This document shows, one piece after another, positions 12,229 through 24,590 of a stretch of DNA of 64,000 bases. Source of the DNA: Epiperipatus broadwayi. Lineage: Eukaryota; Animalia; Onychophora. The notes under the pieces are model-generated. The model worked only from the letters and a program-made list of their open reading frames with translations. It searched no databases and was not told the DNA's origin. The stretch is from contig JAQFVV010000007.1 in the NCBI GenBank assembly GCA_028023455.1, positions 9,052,001 through 9,116,000 on the forward strand. Reading direction: 5' to 3'. The position numbers and the translations under genes were made by a program. Every line of letters starts with the position of its first letter. Position 1 is the first letter of the stretch.

Positions 12229-14525
12229 AGTCATCATCATCATCAACCATTATCAATCCACTACAGGATGAAGGTCTCTCCAAGTTCAATCCATCTTCTT
12301 CGATCTTTAGCTTCTCATCTCCACATCATCCATGCACACATTCTTATTTCTTCCATCCATCTCACATGTGGTCTCTTTATGGGTTTTTTTACAGTCTCTT
12401 GAAATCCAGTTTAAGATTTCAATTGTCCTTCTATTATCATCTCTTCTAGCAATATGTCCAGCCCAATTCCACTTCAGTCTTTTCATTTTTTCAATGAAGT
12501 CAGTTTCTCTTATCCGTATATTGTGTTTTCAATCTCTTCTTGTTACTCCTAACATGCATCTCTTCATATTTCTTTGAGTTGTCTAAAGTTTCTGTATTGC
12601 TCTCCTATTAAGTGTCTAAGTCTCAGATCCATAAGTAAAAAGTGGTAAAACACATTTATTAAGAACTTCCTTTTCAAACACATAGACATATTTTCTTTTA
12701 CTATCAAATTATTTCTATTAAAAGCACTCCAAGTTTAATTCTATGATTAATTTCATCCATTATGTTTCCATCTGACCAATGTATTTATAGCTGTTAACTT
12801 CTTCTAACTTTCCCTTTGTATTAATAATCTGACCAAGGTATTTACAGCTGTTAACTTCTTCTAACTCAACATAATCAATCTTTATTTTCATATTTTGAAA
12901 AAATCCATTGAAAATTACTTTAGTCTTTTTAACATTTATCTTTAGTCCTACTTTCCTACTTTCATCTAATAACTCCGGCAACATTTTCTGCAGCTCTAAA
13001 GCATTATTTGCAAAAACAACTACATAAGCTGCAAAATCTAAATGCCTTAAATAATCTCCATTTACTTTCACTCCTTTAGCTTCCCATTTTAATCCACAAA
13101 ATACTTCTTGCAGCACTGCTGCAAAAAGGTTTTGGAGATATGGAGTCACCCTGTCTTACACCCATCTCAATGATGACTTTCCTAGTATTGTTATGTAATC
13201 TAATTGTTGCTGTTGCATTCTTATAAATATTATTTCAAATATGACAATATCCTGGATCTATACCTTGATGATCCAATGCTTTAATCACTGAAGAAATGTT
13301 TATAGAATCAAATGCCATAATCTACAAATCCAAAGCATAATGGCAATTCATATTCATTTGTCCTTGCTATAACATCTCTCAATACCTGGATATGATCTGC
13401 TATACTAAAACCATTTTTAAATCCAGCTTGTTCTCTTGGTTGGTAGAAATCAAATATTCTCTGTAGTTGAGTTGTAATAATCTTGGAAAAAATTTTGAAT
13501 AAAACTAATAAAAGACTGATAGGTCTGTAATTTCTAATACCTTCTTTATCACCCTTTTAAAGTATTATTAATATTACTATTGTATTCTTCCAAACATCTG
13601 GTACATCTATTATTTATAAATTTGATAAATAACTTTGCTAAAAAAATATATACTTCTTCACCTGCTTCTTTTAATATACCAATTATCATTCCATTATTAC
13701 CTGGAGCTTTTCCTTTTTTCATAAATTTAATTGCATGTCTCACTTTTTCATTTAAAATTCTGGGCAATTTGGAAGATATAATAGATATAGGAGGTACTTG
13801 TTCTTTATTACTATATAATTCTTAATAGAAGTCTTCTACCCATTTCATGATGTCATCTCACTTTTTAGTAATAATTCCATCTTTTTTCTTTTTGCAGATA
13901 TAAATTTCCTACCAATACCAAAATGTTGCTTTACACTCTTGAGACTTTTATTCTCTTCTACAGCTTTCCTTGCTAGTTCACAGTTATACTTTCTTATATC
14001 ATTTTCAACTCTTTTCTGCACCATTTTACAAAATTCGAGATATTCAATCCTTTTTAATGCATCATTTTTGTATATTTTCATATTCCTTCTTTTATTCATA
14101 CATTCTCTAGTCTCAGTAGAAATTTTCTTGGTCAATTGCAGCTTCTTTCTACCAGCTATCTTTGTTGCAGTTTTTAAACGTGTATTAGTTATTTTCTTAT
14201 TAATTTCATTCAAATCTGAATCATGTTCAAAATTTACTAATACTTGAAATCGATTTGTAAATTCTAAATTAAATTCATTAGAATGTTTCTGAAGATTAGG
14301 AATATCAACTGTAAATATTGTTTTCCTTAATAGTTTTTGTCTCTCTAGTTTTGCATTAACACATGTCTTATATCTTACTACTCGATGATCACTTCCTGTG
14401 TTAAATTTATTAAGAACATTACAATCTTGAAATATGTATTTTCTGTTACTCAAAATATAATCCAATTCTGCTGTACCTTCATTTGGATGCTCCCATGTCC
14501 ATTTCCTTTTAACATTTTTCTCAAG
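12229..14525 (-). mobile_element. RTE-clade LINE, 5'-truncated, decayed EN/RT ORF with (GAT)n tail
   Basis: KRKWTWEHPN..ELDYIL, SDHR (APE endonuclease), KGKAPG, LRHLDFA and KVGLKINVKKTKV (RT) segments; TCATCATCATC tail at the left end. Confidence 0.95.
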
Positions 14526-15799
14526 AAAAAATTAATGTGAGTATATATACACATATATTCACAGACTACATTTAGTAGCAAAAACATTTAAGTTAAAAAA
14601 AATAACTACAACCATTAAAATGTGTTGTTGTTTTTACGCTATTTGTTGTGTGTGTATATATAAAGGTTTGTAAATTCATGCTAACATGCTTTATTACACA
14701 AAATACATTAGAGAAAGTTTCTTCGCATTTCCTATAGACAAAGATGAGCGGAAAATAAAATTCAAGACAAAGATGCGACCAGCTGAGGCTTTCTTTTTTA
14801 AATCCTTGTTGAATGGCACTTACAAAGAAGAGACCATAAAGGCAAAAAGCTAGAAATGTGAAATGAAGCAAATGAGTTGATTCAACTAAAAAAAAAAAAA
14901 ATTGAACACACACAAAAAAAATATACTAAACTTTAAAAAACTGTAATATTATATAATAGTATGATGAGAGGTATTTTGAAATCACGTCTATTATGAAAAA
15001 TAATTGCTTCAATAAAAAAATGTAAAAAGTATATTATTAGACCATTAATCAAATAAATGATTATGTCTTATTCTGTAGATATATGATGTGATGTGATGTA
15101 CTGTGACTTCTCCTTAAACGGAGTCAGGAATATCTCAGCAACTATGCCCAAAGAAACCTGTTGTCATTTCACAGGTACACGTGCTGCCAAAAATTCCATA
15201 GATCAGGTCAAGAAGAGAAAAAAAATTAAACTATAAATGCCATCCATTTGAGGTTACGTTTCCTAGAATAACGAACGGCTTTGCAGAAATTATTTAGACA
15301 TTTTGTTTTATGGGATAGATACATGGAGAGATAGAAGAATCGTAACATATAGTAATTAGTAAATTCAACTACCCCAGCCACATTCTGGGATTTTGCCTAG
15401 GTCAACCTTTACTTTTTTCCACATGACAGGAATAAAATTTCTCTTTAAGAACGACCACCCATCCATACCCTTTCTAGATAATCATCTAAATAATAGTCAG
15501 TAAATTAATATCTAGATACGTTTAGCTACAGAATAACAATTTCAAATTAATATGAACTGATGAGATGAGTGACAAAGTGCATGTAATATAAGCATCATGC
15601 CTAGAGGAGACACATTTCTACAAGTATTAAGCCCATTATCTTTAAATATATTAGACCCTTGTTTATTTTTTACCCTTCATTAAAAGTTTGTGTTTGGATT
15701 AATTATAGTAGTTGCTGTTAAATAACTTATCCATTATTTATTTGTTTATTAATATGAAAAAAAAACTAATATGATGAATTATATTTCCACTACATGATG

Positions 15800-15950
15800 A
15801 CAATTAGAAGGGATTTGAACCAGACTTTCAAGCTCCCTTCAGTCAACCACTTCATCTTATACAACCAATACACATAACCATATACATGTGAAAAAGATAA
15901 TCTTCAATAAACATGTTTCAAGTTGATCAGCACTCACCCGTTGGCATCTC
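15800..15950 (-). mobile_element. Dispersed family B-related copy with degenerate hammerhead and B-box
   Basis: Minus strand CCAA-CGGGTGA-GTGCTGATCAACTT-GAAA-CATG-TT then body ending GGTTCAAATCCC; homologous to 10842-11000 and the 475-bp unit. Confidence 0.6.

Positions 15951-15951
<1 letters not shown>

Positions 15952-16002
<51 letters not shown>
15952..16002. repeat. (TA)n microsatellite
   Basis: Direct reading. Confidence 0.97.
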
Positions 16003-16005
<3 letters not shown>

Positions 16006-16079
16006 GCTTGGTTTATATTAAGATAGCAAATCTTCAAACTTTATATAAAAAATGTTTAAAATCTACAAATAAAATTATA

Positions 16080-16165
16080 TTCTTAATGTGCTTTTTACAA
16101 TGCTCTATTTAAACTTTAAGTTTCAACTGCCTAGCAGTCTTCTTCAGAATTTTCTATAACAGATA
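16080..16165 (-). mobile_element. Family C fragment with hammerhead motif
   Basis: AATT-CTGAAGA-A-GACTGC-TAG-GCAGTT-GAAA at 16112-16150, followed by GAGCATTGTAAAAAG as in other family C copies. Confidence 0.65.
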
Positions 16166-16499
16166 CATTTTTTGGTAATTTGAGAATATATATATTGGAT
16201 TGAGATTTAAAGAAGACTGCTAAAAAGTTGAAATCATTTAAGAAAGTTAAATAAAATATTACGAAAAGTGCATTAGGAGATAAATGCAAAAGTAAATGGT
16301 GATGTATTAAACATCTTGGGAAAATGTGTAAAACATATATGTATGCATACACACATACACAGTCACTCTGAAATGAGTATGGTTATTCCAAGAAAAAAAA
16401 GACAAAAATGTTCTAGAAATGGGTTTTGCAATGATAATACAAACTAATTGCTGAACCACAAATATGTCCACATACAGACATGCTGATTCATTTTTCTGC

Positions 16500-19400
16500 A
16501 ATGCTTTCTTTTAATCTTTTCAGCAAAAAATTATTTAAAAAATACTTCAACATTGTGTCTAACTGAAGCTCTACAATGTATTTTATTCTCTACCATATCT
16601 TCACAATGAAAATAAACAATATTGAACTTCTTTAGAATGTCTTCAACATAAACCTTATAACAGAGATGAGGTCTACTTCTCCCATAAAAAATGTTCAAGT
16701 TTGCTGTAGAATACTCTTTTAGGGAGTTTTGCATTGTTCATGGTCTTTATACGTACAATCCAATGAAAAATTGATTTTATAATAGTGAATTCTACAGTAT
16801 TACTTCCAAAATTATTCTACACGAATAAAGCATGATAAACAGAGCACAAAAACATTCATTATAAACAACAATTAGCCAGTTCCAGTATGTCGCCATGATT
16901 CTGGTATATAGTACTGAAAGCGCTTGGCTAATTGTTGTTTATAATTAATGTTTTTGTGCTCTGTTTATCACGCTTTATTCGTGTAGAATAATTTTTATTA
17001 TCTGACAGAGTTTTTATATTATTTATTTAGTATTACTTCCAATAAGTTGAAAATATGCTGATTAGTCTTGCCATTATATTTGTAAAATTTTACATAATTT
17101 CCTAAATGAAGTTTTCTAATACTTCTATATTGTGTTGATAACATGTCTGAATCTCACTTCTTTGCAAAAAATTAATTAAAATAACATTTCTGTATACAGA
17201 TAACTTAAATGCAGTAATTATTCCTCGGTGATGAAATATTCTATCTTATAACTTGTTAAGAACAGTAGCAGCCATTAGAGACTGTATCATAACTAGAAAC
17301 TAAGACCATCTCTTATTTATAACTACTAAGGTATTCAAATTGGTTTACATTCTTATGTTGATAACCATACAAGTCAAAAATCATTGAGAATTATTTTTTT
17401 CCTAACAATGGCTGATAAAGAACTTTATAGTTTTTTTGAACATTAATTATTAAATTAAAAAGGTTAAATGTTGGATTCAAATCATTATGTATGTTTATTT
17501 GTTTTTTGAACTGGAAAAACAGCCTAAATCCAGAATCCAAGAAAATGAAGTTGTTATTTGCTTTTAAATGATTTAAAGTAAAAAAAAAAAGGTCACTGAT
17601 TTGGGTCCTATTTCATAAAGCTACTTTATAAATAGTTTCAAAGACAACTATCACAAAAATTAAAAACAATGTTGGAGAAAATATCCATCCTTGTTTAACA
17701 GCAGTTTTCATTTCAAATGCCTCATATTTGTCCACCTGCAATCATAGCAGTTCTTTTAATTCCAACATGGAGAAGCTGTATAATGCAAATAAATTTTGGT
17801 GGACAAGCAACTAATTTCAAGTAATGCCATAGACCTCTTTGGATAACTGAGTCAAATGCCATGACCAAATAAATAAAATCATTAAACAAATCAACCCTTT
17901 TTCTTCCTGCCATTTTTCTTGCATTTACCTATCAACAAAACCCATGACTACAATCCGTCTTGATCTTCTAAAATCACTATGAATCTTTGATAACCCATTC
18001 ATTATTGATTCGATGCAACCGATTCACCAAAATCCAGTGTCTTAGCCATAGTAAATAATAATGATATTCATGGCATTACTACAATTTTGTCTATTCCTCA
18101 TTTTTAAAAACTGGGACAATAAAAGCAACTTTAAGATTGATTGGCACAACTTCATAGGAGAACCATATATTTCTAAAAAAAATTATCATGTTTTAGAAAC
18201 TTATACATCACCATTATAGTTTTAAACTTCTTTGTATGTTTCATCAAGACCAGCAGTTTTCCATTTGTAAGATTGCAAAGTGCTGTATTGACTTTCCTAA
18301 GCTGGATATCTTGGTTAGAAATTAAATAAATACATAAAATGGATATATAATTAATAGTCATTATCCTAATTCTTGCATCATTATTCAAAAGATGATTGGA
18401 ATATTCTTTAGACATGTTCAAAATATCAAGGTCATCATATAAAAAAGCATTATTGGTGGATTTAATAGGACTGTGATACTGTTTGTCAGGTCCATATATT
18501 GCTTTCAGTGCTTTAAACAATATTTTCAAGCATTTATGCCAATCGTTAAACTTCTGTTTTCAGACCGTTATATTTATTATAAAGTTCTACATTAAATTTA
18601 TTCTATCAAGCAGAAAATGTTCCATTTCCTTTTAATAAAAACACTAAAAATCCATCATAATTCTTGTGGTTGCTGAACCCAAACATAGATTTACTTATAT
18701 CAATAATACACACATCAAGAGAATTTCATATTTCAGTAATATGATAATCCTCACGGATTCAAATCAGAAATTAATATTTTTAGCTGTTGAAATTTAGTAT
18801 ATGCAGTACATGCTTCTAAACTGCTGATATAAATTTTCTTGCAAATATGATTGGAATAAGCTCTACTTTGTAACAACTATCTTTCCAACAATCTGTGTTT
18901 GCATGTGCTCACAAAATGTAAACAACTTTTCTACTCTCACTCCTAACTATAATGTATTAAATACCATGTTTTGAATATGGATTGGATGCACACATTTCTT
19001 TATAGCAGTTTTCTGCCTTAACAGTTCATAGTCAATTTATGTGTTATGCACATATTCAACAAAAATATAACTATTTAAATTTATCAGATTGCTAAAATCT
19101 ACTATTTGTACCCACACATTTTAAAGTCTCAAGAAGAAAAATGTATTCTTTTACTGATATTGCACTAATGATATGGCATGAGACATGTGTTAACACCATT
19201 AGGCTTGACATAATGATGAATTGTACAAAGAGAAGGTACTAAATTAAGACTTCACAGCAAATTCCTACCTTGCATTTTTCTTTCACTGACTGGTTTGCTT
19301 TTCCAAAAAAGCTTGTATCTATCCACCTGGAAGTTAAATTTTCTTTCTCTGGGAGATGAGTTTCAGTAAGAACAGCTATATTTTTCTTAAATATTAAAAA

Positions 19401-19520
19401 CTCTTTAAACATTAGTGCAATCCTCAATTCTGCTTTTGAGATTTTGTATCATGCAACTTCTTTCTGTTTACTAATACTTCATTAGTGCTATTGCTATCAC
19501 TATAATAAGTAATTTCCAGA
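16500..19520 (-). mobile_element. Second RTE family (BovB-like), nearly full-length but heavily decayed ORF, interrupted at 16810-17028
   Basis: RIALMFKEF..IAVLTETHL (EN N-terminus), FKALKAIYGP, MAFDSV..GLW..L..CPPKF..I..LLH..VKQG (RT), NAKLPKRVFYSKL...RPHLCYK..DILK (C-terminus). Confidence 0.85.
16810..17028. mobile_element. Fold-back retro-insertion (family E) with 14-bp TSD and degenerate hammerhead
   Basis: TSD AGTATTACTTCCAA at 16796-16809 and 17029-17042; ~65-bp inverted arms; GCC-ATGATTC-T-GGTATATAGTACT-GAAA-GCGC-TT-GGC at 16892-16928. Confidence 0.8.
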
Positions 19521-20147
19521 CATAACAACTTAGCCAAACTCTGTGAGATGAATCACTTTTAGATCAGACTTTCTAAACTTCTTCTATTTCTGTTATAGAC
19601 AGAGATTGCCTAAATAGTTGCCTTAATATTCAATCTTTTGCAGATGACTTCTGACCTAAATCATGTTCCAAACTGATTCATTAGTAATTGCTCTGCCTTA
19701 AAAATGGATCACAATTTAGGACTGCCAGTCTATTAAGCTTGGCTCCATTATAGGTTTCTTAGTTATTAATGGCTTGAGATAAAAATTAAAACAGAAATTA
19801 AAGTCAAAAATGCTGTGTGTTTAGTTAAAGGAAGGAAATATAGATACACAAACTGACAAACCCATTGTCACAACTAATATTAGGAGATGACCAATGGTAT
19901 AAGAGAAATTTTGCTGAGCAAGCCAGACACTACTAACTTAAGTGATGGAAGTAGAAAAGGAGTCAAAAATGATACTTTCTATCAGAGACAGTACCTAATC
20001 TTAGTGTAAACAATGTCCTATTCTACACCTATATGCAAAAAAATATTTTGATGATTAGTACATCTATGAATTTCTGCAAACCTTGTTATCTTTTAATTTG
20101 AAATGGAAGTTGGGAATTCTTTCAGTCATTAAGGATTTATAAGCAAG

Positions 20148-20838
20148 CTTAGAATTTTTGGTACTTGTAAGTTTTCAAGTAAACCAAGATGGCAGTCCAT
20201 ATTTTTGATAAATCTACAGTTTTGGGGACCCCAAAAAATGTTTACAAAAAAAAATATCCACTGGAAAATGTATTTAATATTTACATTTTATTTTTTATTA
20301 CAGTTATTTTAAAAAGAAAAAGATTGTGGAAATTTTTTTTACATTAACTTATTAATAGAAAAATGAAAAAAAATATATAAATACAATATTTATACTTTCT
20401 GCATGTCAGTGGTGTGCAATCATATCATGACCATTTATGCATAATTTTCAGAAAGCCAGGATTCTGTAACTTTGGAAATAGCCCACTGCATTATTTTTGG
20501 TGACAAGAAGGTCCCAAATTTTTATTATTATGATAATTTACCAAAAAAAAAAAAAGCTACCGACAAAAAACACATGCTGAACTGAACTCAGATATGACAT
20601 AGAAGCATGTGTCATTGATTCCCATGTTATAATAAAAATAAAAAATTGAAATAAAGTTTCTTAATAAAATTTATTGGTATTTATTCCCTTTTTTAAATTT
20701 AACAATCAATTTATTAATTTTGTTTTAATTTAACAACTAACACTTCTTTGGTAGATTGTAGGCCCTGAAAGCAGTATATTTATCAAACATATGGACTGCC
20801 ATCTTGATTTACTTGAAAACTCACAAGTACCAAATTTT
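20148..20838. mobile_element. MITE-like element with ~70-bp terminal inverted repeats
   Basis: TTTGGTACTTGTAAGTTTTCAAGTAAACCAAGATGGCAGTCCATAT.. is inverted at ~20770-20838; TSD not resolved. Confidence 0.75.
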
Positions 20839-20984
20839 TTCACATAACTAACTCATAGTTATCCAATTATTTGATGAATAAATTGACATCTAGCTAATGT
20901 CAACCTGCAAGTTAAATAAAAAAAGTAACTAAAATATTAAAAGCTTTGTCAATCAAAATAGAATAGTCTGGTATTGTTAAATAC

Positions 20985-21190
20985 AGAGAAAAAACTCTCC
21001 ATACAGCAATACCCTTCAGTGCAAGCCATATTAATCAATGGATGCAGGAAGGTTTGTGCATAAAATCCCTATCTAATATCTATTCTGTCTTGCACTGAGT
21101 GGCACTACTGTATGGAGAGTTTTGCAAAAACCAGCTTATGTAAGCATAAAGAATTATGATCATGTGATGTTTTGATGGTTTAGTATTGCA
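20985..21190. mobile_element. Family A 3'-end fold-back (minus fragment then plus fragment)
   Basis: CTCTCCATACAG..CAGTGCAAGCCAT is inverted as TTGCACTGAGTGGCACTACTGTATGGAGAG; possible decayed TSD GTATTGNNAAATA at 20971-20983 and 21183-21195 (11/13). Confidence 0.7.
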
Positions 21191-21526
21191 AAATATTTGA
21201 TGTTTCACCTTGAAAAGATAATAAAAAGATAATTGCCATATAAGAGATTATTTAAGATAATCAATTTACCTATATATACATTTGATAAATTATAATAGAT
21301 TATTTAAGCTATCATTGGTATACTTCATGTATTAGACTTTGGTTGTGACTGGTGCTTGGTTTCTTTCTTAATGCAAGTATTTCATTAATGATAGTAAAAT
21401 TGAAAATAGTTCATTTACAACATTGATTTCAAACAGAAGTAAACCAATATGTTCTGTAGGGTATGGATGAATAACGCTCATATGTCAATAAATAAAAAAA
21501 AAGACTGAATTCACTATTTGTTAAGC

Positions 21527-23749
21527 CAGGGGTGAGGAACCTTTTTTCCTGCCAAGGCCTATATGGATATCTATATTATTCACGGGCCTACAAAATTAGC
21601 ATCTTAAAAAATTAGCCTGCAATATTTGATCAAAACTTTAATTAATTCATCTCTGGAGTGATGGCTACAATTTCTTCTTTTTAATAAGGCATGTGATGTC
21701 AGCTGGCATTGATGATGATGTTAGTTGCAATTGCTTTTCCAGGTTTGCATCAGTCAACCTGGAGCACGGTTGACTCTTTATGATGCCAAATTTTAAGGAG
21801 AACTATTTACAGCAGTAAGTCATTCTGAATACATATTTCAACACATATCTTCTCGAATGTAAAATTCATTAATGTTTACATGATATTTATAGAACTCACA
21901 TAGTGGGATCTTATTTTATCATCACTTTTCAGCTGAGTTATCAGATATATCAGATGCTTGTGCAGTGAAGCAAAGATGTTCAATTCAATTTATCTACTTT
22001 TCATGTCCTTAAATTTTTCCTTAAATGCCCCCCATTAGTTCTGCATATTCTTCAGGATATTCCACTGTTGTAGAAAATTGCTGTCCCTCCCAGAGTGAAG
22101 AAATACATTGTGTTATACTTTTCATGTTGCACTGTCCACAGACTTATTCAGTTTCAAATGATTTCATATTTTGAGAGCAGTGAACTGGAACTTGATTAGG
22201 ATCCTGTAATTTGATGTTCAACTCAGAAAAGTATTTGGTAAAGTCCACCATGATCTACTTGCTATCAATGATTTTCCTGACAGGTTTTCTCTTCTTCACC
22301 TTGAACTATTTGACTTCATTTTGCAATTTGTAAAACCTTTTGCAGATGTACACATGTCTCAACCACCACACTTTGCTGTAATAAATAATATCACCATATT
22401 CAGAATCAAGATCACTCGGTAACTCCTTAAGCTGGCAGCTGTTAAACCTTCTGTTTATGATAAAATTTATGCATGACACTACTTTTGACATTATACTGTT
22501 GAATCACAATACATGTATACAGATACTTTATTGGTGCATGATGCAGTGGCATATAATTAAAGTCCTTGGTTCAAGATTGAGATGCTTCATTTTTTTCTTA
22601 ACAAATGCAATTAATCCTTTTTGTGGGCCAACTAAGGCTCTGTAATATGGCCATTTCACTTTTCAAATGTCAACCCAAGTTTTTTATTGATAAAAGAAAT
22701 CTCTCAAACAAGTCATCACCTCTTGGTGACACTTATGATTTACAGTAATAGCAGTTTCTCTCATCTTTCAAACTCTGTAGTTATCTCTCAAATAAATAAA
22801 GCCAGTTGAGCACTGTTTGTTATGTCCATTGTCTCATCACAAGTCAAAAACAAAAATTAGAAACCTCTTCCAGAATCCTTCAGTATTTTTCAGTATCTTG
22901 TACTAAGTCAGTAATCTGATCTGAGATGGTTCTCCAAGACAAACTAGCACTCTGAAGCAATTTTACTTTGTTTAGTGCTAACAATATTGGAGCAGCCACT
23001 GGTTTCAATTTCTTTATGATTAGATTATTCATTACATAACTCAACTGTCTGTCATAGTGAGGCTAATAAAAACAATCTGTTGTGATTCAAACTTTGCCCA
23101 GATTAGCATATTTTGAGCTGTAATTACACTTGACACTGACTTTTTCCATTTCTGCCAATGCAGTACCACAAACTAGGCAAAGAGGTTTGCTGTCAAAACA
23201 AAAAAAAAGCATTTGTCCATATCTCTTGAAAAGATTGGCATTCTATACCAACTTTTTTTATATTTGCAATTATAATACAGGATAATTAAATCTTAATAAC
23301 TATCCAGGGTGTACCACCAGTGATTAAATTAGCTTTGTCACTATATGTCATCATCAATGATATTTTTTTTTATATTGCAGAATCTCACGCCATTTAAGAT
23401 TTAATAACTATTGCAGAAATGAAATTATTTTGTTTTGTAATTGCCATTTGTAGGATGCTAAAATAATTTGTTTTAATAACTGTCCAGTGTGTGTATCCAG
23501 TAATGAGATTATTGTGTTTTGACCACAGTTCTAATCCTGCATTCTGAATTTCAAGCTTAATCAACTCTCACATCATTGACACTTAAGGTTTTTTCTGTGC
23601 ATTGCATCATATAATATAAATTTATACCACTGTGAGAAAAGCCATTAGATTTATTGAATTTTAAGTCATAGCTATGACTGTCTTGACAGTCCAGACAAAA
23701 TAATTTTGTGAACCATATAATGTCTGTGTGTGAGAAGTTTCTCACCCTG
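21527..23749 (-). mobile_element. hAT transposon (SPIN/Charlie-type, GTF2IRD2/EPM2AIP1-like transposase), decayed but with both ends
   Basis: VVSCINFI..R.....SEYGDIIYYSKVWWL...KRFYKLQNEV; TIRs CAGGGGTGAGGAACC / CAGGGTGAGAAAC; 8-bp flanks TGTTAAGC vs CTTTAAGC (6/8). Confidence 0.9.
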
Positions 23750-24510
23750 CTTTAAGCTTTTGATCTTTATAAGATTTTCTTTGCTGACAATGCTGGAAAT
23801 TAGTCTAATTTAAATGACAAACTAATTTTAAATTATGATCTTGTATTTAAATCAGGTTAATGTATATATTTTTTTTATTTCCAACAATGCCAGCACAACA
23901 AAAGCTACAAACATTGAAAGTCTACAACAGGGTTGGACAAACATCATGTCTAAAAGACCATGTGTTAAAATTGCGGTATATTACAGGGCCACAATTAAAT
24001 TGGTGAAGTATTCAACAGGAGCAAATATTTGATTTTTTTATTAAGGGCATTTAATAATTGTACAAAAAAATCAAGAGAACAAAAATAATAAAAAAAATAT
24101 TTATTATATGCATGTGATTGCATCTGATTAATAAGTCCAAATTTATTTTTTTTTTTTTAAAAACGCACCCTAGCCCAAAAATATCTTTTTTAATTAATTT
24201 TGATTAATGTTTTTTTTTTTAAAAATTTTTTTTTTTTTTTAATATTTCAAAAAAATATATTTTTCAAAAAAGTATATCTCTTTTTAAAAAATTTTTTTAA
24301 AAAGTTTTTTATGTGAAAAATTTTTTTATTTTTTTTATAAATATATATTAAAAAATAAATTTTTTATGGTTTAATATTTTGGGTAAAAAAAAAAAAAAAA
24401 AAACCCCCACAAGGAATTTTGAATTAAAAATAAAAAAAAAAAATGAAATCCATTGATGAACCCCCCCCCCCCCCAAACTGACTAGTTTGAACAATATGTT
24501 ATATTTCCAG

Positions 24511-24590
24511 AAAACGATAACAATAAAATCACAGAAGTTGATAAACATAAACAATCAGTATTAAATTGCCATCACAAAAGAATAAGGCAG
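24511..24590 (+). CDS. Candidate isolated 80-nt coding exon, gene unknown
   Basis: Acceptor ATATTTCCAG, donor CAG|GTATGA, open frame NDNNKITEVDKHKQSVLNCHHKRIRQ; no recognisable homology, may be chance. Confidence 0.2.

Noticed and set aside
12332-14247. Plus-strand hydrophobic ORFs (12332-12577, 13580-13825, 13939-14247; also 63245-63621 and 61778-62113)
   Set aside because: They are antisense shadows of RTE coding sequence, not membrane proteins.
14700-14830. SFFAFPIDKDERK, superficially THAP-like; also a 26-nt minus micro-exon candidate at 14824-14849
   Set aside because: The THAP C/W/C-H signature is absent and there is no connecting exon.
24130-24480. Extreme homopolymer-rich stretch (also 57340-57600 inside the Merlin element)
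   Set aside because: It looks like low-quality or unpolished read sequence rather than biology; raw-read support is needed.
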